DNA from: a virus
Lineage: Duplodnaviria; Caudoviricetes
IMG/VR virus record: IMGVR_UViG_3300020187_003844
Coordinates: 1-55,905 of that record
DNA length: 55,905 nt
Direction: 5' to 3' (one strand)
Under the pieces are notes generated by a model. It was given only the letters and a program-made list of their open reading frames with translations, was not told the DNA's origin and made no database searches. This document shows positions 1 to 9,254 of this stretch, one piece after another. The position numbers and the translations under genes were made by a program. The stretch's first letter is position 1. Every line of letters begins with the position of its first letter.

Positions 1-2283
1 GCTTATCACTGGGCCAGTAGTAGCGGTCCAATTATCAGTGCTTCTAATTTTTAATACAGGTGAATCTCCCTCTAAATGTAATATGCCAGTTGGATTCGTA
101 GTACCAATACCTACATTGCCTGAGGTGTCGATGAGCATACGTTCTGTATTGCTAGAGCCATTGCTAAAAGTAATATTGTCTGCACTATCAATACTCATGC
201 TTCCACGAATAGTGCTACCAGCCGCATATCTCCACGTAAGATTTTTACCTTGGTATAAATCTACATTGCCGTCTTCATCAATACGCACGGCTTCTGAGCC
301 ATTAGTGGCAATTCGCATAAAGTTAGTATTATGATTATAATCAACCCAACCTGCGTACTGCTCCGGACCTGTAGTTCCATCTGCAAAATACAAAGAACCA
401 TAAGAATTATTGGCTGAATATATGGTTAGTCCTTCTGAACCAACACCACTCCCTACTACTAAATTGTTAGCTGCTCCATGAAAACTACTAGGCGTAGTCG
501 TACCAATACCTACATTACCACCCTCAAATGCAAAACCCTTATTAGACTGATATGTCAAACTAACAGGCGAAGCCGCGCCAGCATCTCCAGTACCCCAAAG
601 AATACCAGCATATGCGTCGCCAACGCTAGGATATTCAGCGGTCAATTGATTGTATCCAGTATTAGAAGCAATAACAATATTATGATCTTTAATTTCTAGA
701 GTTTCAGTATTGACAATGGTTTGTGTGCCATTGACTGTAAGATTTCCACCAACAGTTAAATTATCTATAGAAACATCATCACCATCATAATAAATTGATG
801 TTCCACCCTCTCCAGTTCTCCAATACACCTCTCGACCACCAAAAGTTGTATGCAACTTGTAAGTGTTTTCTGTTGGAATATCTTGAGAAAATACTGCATA
901 ATAACCTGTATTAGATAAACCAGATATCGCATAAGGAATAATTGATCCTTCACCAACAATTTCTAAATCAGTAGCAACAGAAGGAACATTGTCGTATCCA
1001 CCTACTGGTGCATCATCAAAATCTATAGCGTGAATAGATTGTCCAGAATCAAGAAACCTACTTAGGGCTAAAGGCACCTCTGAAGATGCAGATCCCCCAC
1101 CGCCAGGAGAAGTTGCAGCTATCCACCCAGCGCCATTCCATTTGATAACATCATTGGTATCAGGAATTCTATCTCCAATACTACCATCAGAAGAAACCTC
1201 AAATTTACCATTCCCAACATTGAGTCCGCCATTAGCTTTTGTTAGTCCGGCAATATTAAGCTGCTTGTCAATATCAACATTTCCACCGTCTTGTATATGT
1301 ATGCCATTACCACCATCATCTTGCAAATACAATCCTCCAGCTTCAATTGCACGCACTTTATCTGTTTGCAGATGTTTATCAGCGACAATTTGTATGTCTT
1401 GATTGGATTGCCAGGTTTGAGTTAAATCCAAATATTCAAGCTTTCCAGTTCCATCATCTCCATTAACAATCAATCCACCCCTGTTACTGTCTAGGCCTCC
1501 ACCAGCAGAATTCAATGTGATATTAGATCCAGAAACATCAAACTCATCAACATTGAATGTGCCACTTGTACCATTTACTATGAAATTGCCATCAACAACA
1601 CTATTTCCAACAACATGAAAGTTATGCTCTGGATTGATTGTGCCAACACCAACATTTCCACCTGTATAAAAAATTTCTCCAGCAGTTGCTCCATCTTCCC
1701 ATTTTCCAAAAACTGAACCCTCTCCTGTCAACACGCTATTGCCATCAACATACAAGCTAGTAAAATTACCACTGCCATCAACATCAAGATCGTAAACCGG
1801 AGCGGTTTGATGTATACCTACTTTGCCGCCTTTAATTGTGATGCCGCTTTGATTGTTATCAAACAAACTCAACCCATCAGCATCAAGCGCGCGCAGTTCG
1901 TCACCAGCAAAATGTTTGCCATCCGCAACAGATAAATTTTCACTAGACGTCCAAGCATCTGTTGCATCCACCCAATTAAATGTTTTATTTGTTGCACCGT
2001 GCAAAGTAATTCCTCCGCCATCTGCAGCTGCGTCAGTTGTAGAACCAACACCCAACTCAATGTTTTTATCATCAACTTGAATGGTTGTTGCATCGACTGT
2101 GGTTAAATTGCCTTTTACAGTAAGATTTCCATCTACCTGAGCATCACCAGAGACATGCAAATCTGCTTCGGGGTGCGTGGTACCAATACCAACTTTGCCG
2201 CCGCTGATGCCAACGATTGCCTGTGTTTCTTCTACAAATGAATTTTCTCCACTCTTAATTAAGTATACTTGATTTTGTGCCAT
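1..2283 (-). CDS. Tail fibre / long virion fibre protein, 3'-truncated by the window edge
   Basis: Absent from the ORF track, presumably because it has no stop inside the window. Manual translation from ATG 2283 gives MAQNQVYLIKSGENSFVEETQAIVGISGGKVGIGTTHPEADLHVSGD. Spot-checked segments stay in frame down to base 1 and carry repeated G(N/K)VG(I/V)G(T) fibre motifs (~2190, ~1650, ~510, ~110) and repeated GNLTVxG...NIxL modules. Confidence 0.85.
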   Translation of the reverse strand, partial: MAQNQVYLIKSGENSFVEETQAIVGISGGKVGIGTTHPEADLHVSGDAQVDGNLTVKGNLTTVDATTIQVDDKNIELGVGSTTDAAADGGGITLHGATNKTFNWVDATDAWTSSENLSVADGKHFAGDELRALDADGLSLFDNNQSGITIKGGKVGIHQTAPVYDLDVDGSGNFTSLYVDGNSVLTGEGSVFGKWEDGATAGEIFYTGGNVGVGTINPEHNFHVVGNSVVDGNFIVNGTSGTFNVDEFDVSGSNITLNSAGGGLDSNRGGLIVNGDDGTGKLEYLDLTQTWQSNQDIQIVADKHLQTDKVRAIEAGGLYLQDDGGNGIHIQDGGNVDIDKQLNIAGLTKANGGLNVGNGKFEVSSDGSIGDRIPDTNDVIKWNGAGWIAATSPGGGGSASSEVPLALSRFLDSGQSIHAIDFDDAPVGGYDNVPSVATDLEIVGEGSIIPYAISGLSNTGYYAVFSQDIPTENTYKLHTTFGGREVYWRTGEGGTSIYYDGDDVSIDNLTVGGNLTVNGTQTIVNTETLEIKDHNIVIASNTGYNQLTAEYPSVGDAYAGILWGTGDAGAASPVSLTYQSNKGFAFEGGNVGIGTTTPSSFHGAANNLVVGSGVGSEGLTIYSANNSYGSLYFADGTTGPEQYAGWVDYNHNTNFMRIATNGSEAVRIDEDGNVDLYQGKNLTWRYAAGSTIRGSMSIDSADNITFSNGSSNTERMLIDTSGNVGIGTTNPTGILHLEGDSPVLKIRSTDNWTATTGPVIS

Positions 2284-2297
2284 GATATATAAAAAGG

Positions 2298-2321
2298 TTA
2301 TGAATGCGCCGACTTGCTCAT
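2298..2321 (-). other. 7-codon upstream mini-ORF (MSKSAHS) ahead of the tail fibre gene
   Basis: ATG AGC AAG TCG GCG CAT TCA TAA; its ATG lies 10 nt downstream of a GTGTA motif, the usual spacing in this genome. Confidence 0.35.
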
Positions 2322-2331
2322 GTTATTGATA

Positions 2332-2336
2332 TACAC
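2332..2336 (-). promoter_or_regulatory. GTGTA putative phage promoter element (tail fibre leader)
   Basis: GTGTATATCAATAAC-ATG in the intergenic gap; recurring motif. Confidence 0.6.
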
Positions 2337-2346
2337 GCTTGTTGAT

Positions 2347-3609
2347 TTAATCGGAAACAAAATACCGCATGAATATTTTTTTTAGTTCGTATGGATAGGC
2401 CATGAAATGAACAATGAAAGTGTTTTCGTCAACGAAGCGCGGCTCGGTGTTAAATTCGTTCATAGGAAAAATCTTTCGGTTAAAACCAAAACCATCACTT
2501 TTCTTTAATATGTCACACAATATTCCTTGATCGCCGCCGCTTGCATACAAGCTACTTTTGTCGCAATCTGTGTTCATCCATTTTTTTATGATGTTTTTTG
2601 TATAAAAATGATTTCTAAAAATAACAACTCCACTATTAAGCATCATACCCTTGGCAATTTTTTTGTTGTTTGCGCCGATATCCTCACATGCAATAATCTT
2701 TTTTGTGCCAGTGCATCGAGCAAGTATATCTTCAAAACGTTTTTCTGGATTGTATATGATTGTGTCTGAATCCATCCATATAATATCTTCGTGATCATCA
2801 AAGTGATTGAGAATCGCGCGTGCTTTCGACCAATTTGCACTTGCATCAGCTTGCAGTTTTTCGCGATAAACATAAAATGTATATCCTTGTCGCAAACAAT
2901 AATCTCTCACACTCATTTCAGAACACACCGCATAATCTGAAATTTCAGGAGTATACAAACTAACAACAGCAATTTTCTTTCCAGGATTGTATGTTGTGAA
3001 TTTTTCCCTTGGTACTTGTATTTGGTTTAAATGTTTACTTATGTACTTAAAGTAATCGCGGTCAACCAAGTTCAACCATTCATCTTTTAATCTTAAAAAT
3101 TCTTGATGCTTTCGCGGATCAACCTTTTTTCTTTTTGTAGGCTCACTTTTCGCGGCAACTATTTTTGCAATGTTTTGTTTTAATTGTTTTTTGTATTCAA
3201 CCCACCAAGATTCTACTTTTTTGGAATGCTCAATTATCCATTGTGAATTTTCAAGAAGTAAATTTATATCGTTGGATATGTTGTTCCAAGATGCAGTTTC
3301 AATGAGTGGATGTTCTCCAAGTAGATTGCGCCAATAATCACTCTTTTCAACAATTGGAATTGCACCAACTTCAAGCGCCTCATACAATCTAAAAGTGTCA
3401 ACACTCGTATTGCCGCGAGGACATGGCACGAAAATCGAGTCGCTCAGTACGTTTTTGTACTGCTGGGTACTCAAAGAATTCTCAGACCTCCAACCATCAG
3501 CGACGTGAAGATGATGCTCGCCGTTGCACTTTTTTAATGAATCAATCATTTTTGCGCGATCACCTTGATCGTGAATCTGACCAGCAAAACACCAGGTGTA
3601 CTTTTTCAT
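2347..3609 (-). CDS. Two-module glycosyltransferase: exostosin/GT47-like C-terminal half plus GT34 (GMA12/MNN10)-like domain
   Basis: YKNVLSDSIFVPCPRGN...TFRLYEALEVGAIPIV (exostosin-like); WSKARAI...IIWMDSDTII...LNSGVVIFRN...GDQGIL...FIVHF (GT34-like DxD fold). Confidence 0.8.
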   Translation of the reverse strand: MKKYTWCFAGQIHDQGDRAKMIDSLKKCNGEHHLHVADGWRSENSLSTQQYKNVLSDSIFVPCPRGNTSVDTFRLYEALEVGAIPIVEKSDYWRNLLGEHPLIETASWNNISNDINLLLENSQWIIEHSKKVESWWVEYKKQLKQNIAKIVAAKSEPTKRKKVDPRKHQEFLRLKDEWLNLVDRDYFKYISKHLNQIQVPREKFTTYNPGKKIAVVSLYTPEISDYAVCSEMSVRDYCLRQGYTFYVYREKLQADASANWSKARAILNHFDDHEDIIWMDSDTIIYNPEKRFEDILARCTGTKKIIACEDIGANNKKIAKGMMLNSGVVIFRNHFYTKNIIKKWMNTDCDKSSLYASGGDQGILCDILKKSDGFGFNRKIFPMNEFNTEPRFVDENTFIVHFMAYPYELKKIFMRYFVSD

Positions 3610-6600
3610 GACTTGAACCCTTTCTTGTATCCCAGTGGAATGAACGTTACATTATCTGATACAGCATCTTTTCTATAATATTGTCGAAACACATGTTTAA
3701 AGTTTTTGTAATGATCAATTTCGGCGTGACAATGTTCGTCGCTTAAATGAACCAATATGCAATTTTTATTTTTTAATTTTTCAAAATATTCTTTTTGTTT
3801 TGCGCGCAATTGATTTAAGTTTTCGCGGAATTTTTGTGGATATGCATTTATATTTTTCGCATACATATCACTATATACAATCACACTATCTTGTTCTACA
3901 ATATTCATATCTTCGTTAATAACAACATCAAAACCCTCAAACAATTCACATATAAAATCTTGTTCAAATAAATTATTTTGTGTGAATATTAATTTTTGTT
4001 TTTTTATTTTTTGCGAAGCATGAAAAGCTTGAGTTTGTGAATTCCAATGAACAACATCTTCTCCATTATAAAAATCTGCTTTATCTTTTTCGAATGTTTG
4101 TGTATCAAATTGCTTATCTATGTTTCTAAATAGTGTGTGATGTTCTGGGCCGATTTCTCTGTATGTTTCAAGATACTCGCATTGATTAATTTTCTTTCTT
4201 ATGTCGTTAAAATATTCTGGATTGTTGCCGCGATCAATAATCTTTGTGCCTAAAATTTCACACACCGATTGCATGTAAGAATATACCGCCAAGAAAAACA
4301 AAGGCTTACCCTGCTTTCTGTAATTCAAATTGTTCGCTATTGCTCGACCAATTATCGGGTTTTTCGCGCATGTCAAAATAAAATCTTGAGAAAAATCTAC
4401 ATCTTGAAAAGTTGGTAAAACGCATGATGTTTTGTGATTAACAACTTCAGATAGCGGAGTATCAATGTATCTATCAATATCAACATACAACCCCCCTTCT
4501 TTATATGTTTTTAACAATCTCCAAAGATCTGTTTTTTCGGTGATTTTTTTGTCTTTTATTAAATTCCAATTATCGCGACCAATTGAATCGCGCAACAATC
4601 GATTAACGTCTTCGTCATCATAAACCTGAACATCCCAATCTGGATTGAGTAGTTCTAGGTTTTTCGCGCCTTTTCGAATAAGCTCGTAATGGGAATCAAG
4701 TACATTTTTATTCTTCCAAGATAAATGGATTTTCTTTGGTATTTGATTCGATGAAATAGTTTGTAGGTTTGGGAAAGCTTTTTTATCGATAAATTTTCTT
4801 CCTGAAATAGCGAAAAACATTTCATGCAAATCAATTGTATTTCCGCCGCAATATAACTTATTGCGCAAATCATCTTTAATGTTATTGATAAATTTAATCT
4901 CGCGAACTTGACTTAATAAATAATCCCAATACTTGAAATCTCCATAATCACTATTTTTATCGCAAGGAGGAATTGATTGTCCTGGAATTTTTATCCACAC
5001 ATTTGGCTTGTCATAAGCATCGGCGCAAATCAAACCATGCAACGAACTAGAAACAATCTTATCGCAAGAATAAATCTCATTAATAACTTGCTCCCATCGA
5101 TTGGTGGGATCAATCAAATAAAAATCACTCAACCCATCAACTTGTTTTTTAAAATAATCAATATTAGAAATATGAGGTACAACCCCAATTTTACCCACAA
5201 GATCTTTACGCAACTTGGGTTTATGAAAAAGCTTCAATAATAATGCGGGATCACCAAGAAAACATTTTACAGGCTTATCAAATTGTTTATTTAAAGTTTT
5301 TAAACTTAATGGCCCCCGAACGCAATTAAATTGAGCATTTATTGATTTAGTTTTTTGAGTATGATGATGAAACCCAATACCACAAATAACATCTCCATTT
5401 TTAATATCTCCCAAATTTGAACCAATCAACCTAATTGATTCTGAAGCATTCTCTTTATTAAATTCAACACTGTCTCCAAACAAAAATTTCCCCACGGGAA
5501 CATTTAATTCGTCTCCAAAATTACCACTTCCAATTTCGTGTTTCCAGTACAATATGCTTCTCAAATGTACCGACTCAAACTTTTCTTCTGCAAATCTTAA
5601 ATCTGATTTTTTATCTATTTCTGGATTATCATTTTCTTCATGCAATTGATAACTCATTAATGGATTCAAATGAAACACCAATTCAGGTGCCGCGAATAAT
5701 TTATTTTCATTGAAAAAGTTTTGCATAAAGTTATCAACAGCTTCATCCATTCCAAATTGCTCAACCCATTGACACATTAAGCTTGCAGCCTGCTTACTTA
5801 AAATATAGGAATTTGCATTCATGTGCCAAAAATGATCGCCTTTTGTAAAGTAATCATTCTTTTTTACTGTATAAAAATAATCGTTATGTCGCTGCAAAAC
5901 CTTATGATATTCTGGTTTATTCCATGGTTGGCATCCGCCAAGATAAATTAAAAACGCATTTTCTGGAATATGATCACTATAAACTTGATTCCAAAAGTTT
6001 TCAAATCCAGGTTTAAATACAGTATCATCTTCTAATATCAAATAGTTTTTCGCGTCTCGATCTGCAATCAATTTTTGCCACAATCGATAATGACTAATAG
6101 CACAACATATTTCAGCTTTTGTTCTTTTTTGCCATGTTTTTGGAAATAGTTTTTTTACTTCGTCAGTTAATTGCATTTGTTTTGAATCAACCGCAGAGAA
6201 TCGTTCTGTAAAAAATGGAGTTTTTATCAACATGTGATGTAGTCGATCAGTTCGTCGATCAAGATTGACAAAATAACTTTTTGATATTGCTTTTAAATTT
6301 GTATTCATTTTTTCGTCAGGTTGTATTCCCACAAAGTCACTAAGCTTTCCGCTCGCGCGATTCAATAAAAACATAAAATTATGTATTTTACCATAATTCA
6401 CACTGTTTGCTTTCAATTGTTTCAATAGATATTGTTCGGCGTGATAATATTCAGGATTGTTTTTTATTGATGAATATCTTGTGCAATATGTTTTTAATGC
6501 GGATTCGTTTTTGACCACTGCAAATCGATCATTGATTCCACCAAACCATCCATAATCTATCTGCGGACAAACATCATAATACGGCGCAAACAAATCCCCT

Positions 6601-7079
6601 TCTCTCGAAAAACAATCAATATTCAATGGATGAGTATGATACAAATCACTACGTGATAAAATAAAATAATCATAATCTGCTATTTTATGTGAAAATTTAT
6701 CATAAAAATATTCAAGAGAATAAATTTGTTTGATTGAATTTTTTAGTGATTGCAGGGAATCTCCCTCTTTCCACGCCGCTCCAAATTTTATAACCGACTC
6801 GCATAGTCCATCGATATCTTCACCATCTCGCGCATCCTGATCATAATAAACTTCCTTAAAATCAAAGTATTTTTCTATACTTTTATAATCTATTTTTGAT
6901 ACGCCCGGCTCTGACTCGGCGTGTCGCGCATTACTATAGAAATTTGCTTTGCTTGTGACTAAAAAATAATCAACATCAAAGTCACCAAGCTTGCTAGCTA
7001 CATTTTCTTGAAACGCAGAATATTGTTTTTCATCAAAATTTTTAACTTGTCCAAAAAATATATATGCTATTCTAGCCAT
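3606..7079 (-). CDS. Giant multidomain glycosyltransferase (unassigned GT-like N-terminus, GT25, polysaccharide pyruvyltransferase-like, GT32/DxD, exostosin-like N-half)
   Basis: SYFVNLDRRTDR/RFSAVD/EICCAISH/LILEDD (GT25); NFGDELN/VRGPLS/GDPALLL/SSSLHG (pyruvyltransferase-like); IPKKIHLSW/DLWR..YKEGGLYVDID (GT32); HLSDEH...FRQYY...FIPLGY. ATG 7079 preferred over TTG 7085. Confidence 0.85.
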   Translation of the reverse strand: MARIAYIFFGQVKNFDEKQYSAFQENVASKLGDFDVDYFLVTSKANFYSNARHAESEPGVSKIDYKSIEKYFDFKEVYYDQDARDGEDIDGLCESVIKFGAAWKEGDSLQSLKNSIKQIYSLEYFYDKFSHKIADYDYFILSRSDLYHTHPLNIDCFSREGDLFAPYYDVCPQIDYGWFGGINDRFAVVKNESALKTYCTRYSSIKNNPEYYHAEQYLLKQLKANSVNYGKIHNFMFLLNRASGKLSDFVGIQPDEKMNTNLKAISKSYFVNLDRRTDRLHHMLIKTPFFTERFSAVDSKQMQLTDEVKKLFPKTWQKRTKAEICCAISHYRLWQKLIADRDAKNYLILEDDTVFKPGFENFWNQVYSDHIPENAFLIYLGGCQPWNKPEYHKVLQRHNDYFYTVKKNDYFTKGDHFWHMNANSYILSKQAASLMCQWVEQFGMDEAVDNFMQNFFNENKLFAAPELVFHLNPLMSYQLHEENDNPEIDKKSDLRFAEEKFESVHLRSILYWKHEIGSGNFGDELNVPVGKFLFGDSVEFNKENASESIRLIGSNLGDIKNGDVICGIGFHHHTQKTKSINAQFNCVRGPLSLKTLNKQFDKPVKCFLGDPALLLKLFHKPKLRKDLVGKIGVVPHISNIDYFKKQVDGLSDFYLIDPTNRWEQVINEIYSCDKIVSSSLHGLICADAYDKPNVWIKIPGQSIPPCDKNSDYGDFKYWDYLLSQVREIKFINNIKDDLRNKLYCGGNTIDLHEMFFAISGRKFIDKKAFPNLQTISSNQIPKKIHLSWKNKNVLDSHYELIRKGAKNLELLNPDWDVQVYDDEDVNRLLRDSIGRDNWNLIKDKKITEKTDLWRLLKTYKEGGLYVDIDRYIDTPLSEVVNHKTSCVLPTFQDVDFSQDFILTCAKNPIIGRAIANNLNYRKQGKPLFFLAVYSYMQSVCEILGTKIIDRGNNPEYFNDIRKKINQCEYLETYREIGPEHHTLFRNIDKQFDTQTFEKDKADFYNGEDVVHWNSQTQAFHASQKIKKQKLIFTQNNLFEQDFICELFEGFDVVINEDMNIVEQDSVIVYSDMYAKNINAYPQKFRENLNQLRAKQKEYFEKLKNKNCILVHLSDEHCHAEIDHYKNFKHVFRQYYRKDAVSDNVTFIPLGYKKGFKS

Positions 7080-8166
7080 TCTCAATGAGCCTTAAGTATG
7101 CTTGCGTATTTTCTATTGTATATGGACTGCAAGAATCTAAAAATTGTTGCGCGTCTTTTTTATAAGCTTGTATTGTTGAGGCGTGATTTTGTATTACATT
7201 TTTCAATTGCCTCGCGCCCATCTCAACATCAAATTCTGGATAATAATAACCAAGATTCTCAAGTATCGGAGAGTTATGAATCAACGGAACCCCAAGATAC
7301 AAAGCTTCAAGATGCGAATAATTCAATTGATTATAAATTTGATGACTCACAACTGTGCTACCAAACTTACTAAGCGCATCAAGCGCACCCCAGCGATTAT
7401 TAAAAAAGCATTTGTCGGTATCATCAACAATACCAAACTTGTGCATCAATTTCTGAAAGTATGTTTTTTCGCGTAATTTTTGACAACCAAATACATTAAC
7501 ACTTTCAATTTCTTCTCCAAACAATTGATTAAAACGCTCGCATATCGCAACAGGAACAACGCAATTTTTCAAGAACGATAAATTTGGTTCGAATATGCAA
7601 ATTTTTGTTGCATCTTTTGATCTATAAAATGGACTCAGTTTTTTCTTTTTTAATTGCGCGATTTTCTCGTCCACAAAAAAGCTGTCCCAAATATACGGCG
7701 CGACATGTACATTGTCTATGCGATAATATGTTTTGATATATTCTTTTGCAAATTCGTGATGCGGAGATATCCAAACTTGATCAAGTCCCTCTGGTTTCTT
7801 GAGAGGAACTCTAGGTGTTTCAGTATTACAAATTGCATAATTAATATCGTCCATCAACTTGTTTCCAAAATGAACAAGTATCAACTTCATTTTTGGATTT
7901 CTTTTTCTGAGCTTGCCGTACATTTCGGGCAGCAAATCAAATCCCCCAATAATCAATACATCAAGCACTTCATTTCTATCATCAATAAGGTCCTTCAATA
8001 ACATACCTTTGTGATCTTTATGCAATTCGTGCGCAGGCTTTTCATTACTGATATAATAACAATCATGACCAGCTCTACTCAATAAACTATACAAAAAAAC
8101 AATGTTTTGTTGCATTCCATTCGACCAAAAAGCGATCGACATATCTAGTGTTATTCCAATTTTCAT
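7072..8166 (-). CDS. DUF2827-like protein (probable GT-B-fold glycosyltransferase), paralogue 1
   Basis: FWSNGMQQNIVFL, VWISPH, PYIW, IFEPNL..KNC, VVSHQ..NQLNY..LEALYLGVPLIHNS...GYYYP, the motif set I recall for DUF2827. Confidence 0.7.
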   Translation of the reverse strand: MKIGITLDMSIAFWSNGMQQNIVFLYSLLSRAGHDCYYISNEKPAHELHKDHKGMLLKDLIDDRNEVLDVLIIGGFDLLPEMYGKLRKRNPKMKLILVHFGNKLMDDINYAICNTETPRVPLKKPEGLDQVWISPHHEFAKEYIKTYYRIDNVHVAPYIWDSFFVDEKIAQLKKKKLSPFYRSKDATKICIFEPNLSFLKNCVVPVAICERFNQLFGEEIESVNVFGCQKLREKTYFQKLMHKFGIVDDTDKCFFNNRWGALDALSKFGSTVVSHQIYNQLNYSHLEALYLGVPLIHNSPILENLGYYYPEFDVEMGARQLKNVIQNHASTIQAYKKDAQQFLDSCSPYTIENTQAYLRLIENG

Positions 8167-9233
8167 ACAAATAATTTTTTATATTTCTCTATTACAAGGG
8201 GGTTAGTTGGCGAGTATCTATTTATTACACGACTCGCGCGTCGTTTATAATCATCTAGATTTTTATCGTGAAAAGTTAATGCCTCATTCAGAGCTTTAGC
8301 TCCTAAAATCGTATCATAATCTGGATAATAATAACCAGAATCTTTTATATATTCAGAATTGTGAACTAGAGGAATGTTAAAATATAAAGCCTCAAGATAT
8401 GTATAATTTAATGCATTCAACAATTGATGACTCACAACAACATTAGCTTCTTTTGAAAATATTGTGCTGAATTTTTTTCTATTTGCGAATGTAATTTTAC
8501 CTTTTTTAGTTACATCCAATCCCCACATCAATGTTTTAAAATAATTTTTATCTCTAATTGTTGAGGAACAATAAACAATCAACTCTTTAAAAAGTTCACC
8601 ATGCTGAGTCATCAATTCCTCGACTATAAAAATAGAAGGAATGCAGTTTTTTGTCATGTTTAAATTTGGCTCAAGGATAGCAATTGTTTTGTCTACCCCT
8701 GGAACATACTGACAATCGTGACCCGCTTTCTTCCAAATGTCGTTATGCATTTTTGCATACTTGGGACTCCAAATGTATGGTAATTCAAAAACTTTTTGTG
8801 TTTTATAATATGTTTTAAAATAAGAAAAAGAAAACTCGTAATGAGGAGAAACCCATACCTCGTCTACTCTATAAGGACTCACGCATTTATTGTCCCACTT
8901 GCATTGCTCTACATCTGCAAGCAATCGATTTCCATAATGAACATGTATGTTTTTGCAAGTGGGGTTTTTTTCTTTCAAAAAATCTATCATGTTTTTACCA
9001 ACAACCCATCCTGTTTGTAAGATATAATCGATTTTTGGTAAATCTAATATCTCCTTATGGTCAATAAGTATAATATCAGCCGGAGGATCAATACATTTGT
9101 CAAGATCATGGCCCATCGCAATGAAAGGAGTGTGACCCAAGTCTTTTATCAATTCAGCAAGAAATACAATATTCTGCTGAAGCCCGTTACAAAATAATCC
9201 TTTATCAAAATTGGCAGTTAACAATACGTTCAT
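8163..9233 (-). CDS. DUF2827-like protein, paralogue 2
   Basis: Same motif set (FCNGLQQNIVFL, VWVSPH, PYIWSP, ILEPNL..KNC, VVSHQ..NALNY..LEALYFNIPLVHNS..GYYYP); ATGA-coupled to paralogue 1. Confidence 0.7.
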   Translation of the reverse strand: MNVLLTANFDKGLFCNGLQQNIVFLAELIKDLGHTPFIAMGHDLDKCIDPPADIILIDHKEILDLPKIDYILQTGWVVGKNMIDFLKEKNPTCKNIHVHYGNRLLADVEQCKWDNKCVSPYRVDEVWVSPHYEFSFSYFKTYYKTQKVFELPYIWSPKYAKMHNDIWKKAGHDCQYVPGVDKTIAILEPNLNMTKNCIPSIFIVEELMTQHGELFKELIVYCSSTIRDKNYFKTLMWGLDVTKKGKITFANRKKFSTIFSKEANVVVSHQLLNALNYTYLEALYFNIPLVHNSEYIKDSGYYYPDYDTILGAKALNEALTFHDKNLDDYKRRASRVINRYSPTNPLVIEKYKKLFV

Positions 9234-9246
9234 ATTACCAACAATT

Positions 9247-9251
9247 TACAC
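9247..9251 (-). promoter_or_regulatory. GTGTA putative phage promoter element (DUF2827/GT operon)
   Basis: GTGTA 13 nt upstream of ATG 9233. Confidence 0.6.
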
Positions 9252-9254
9252 AAA

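Noticed and set aside
38-2093. Short ORFs on both strands listed in the track
   Set aside because: They are shadows or off-frame fragments of the long minus-strand tail fibre frame.
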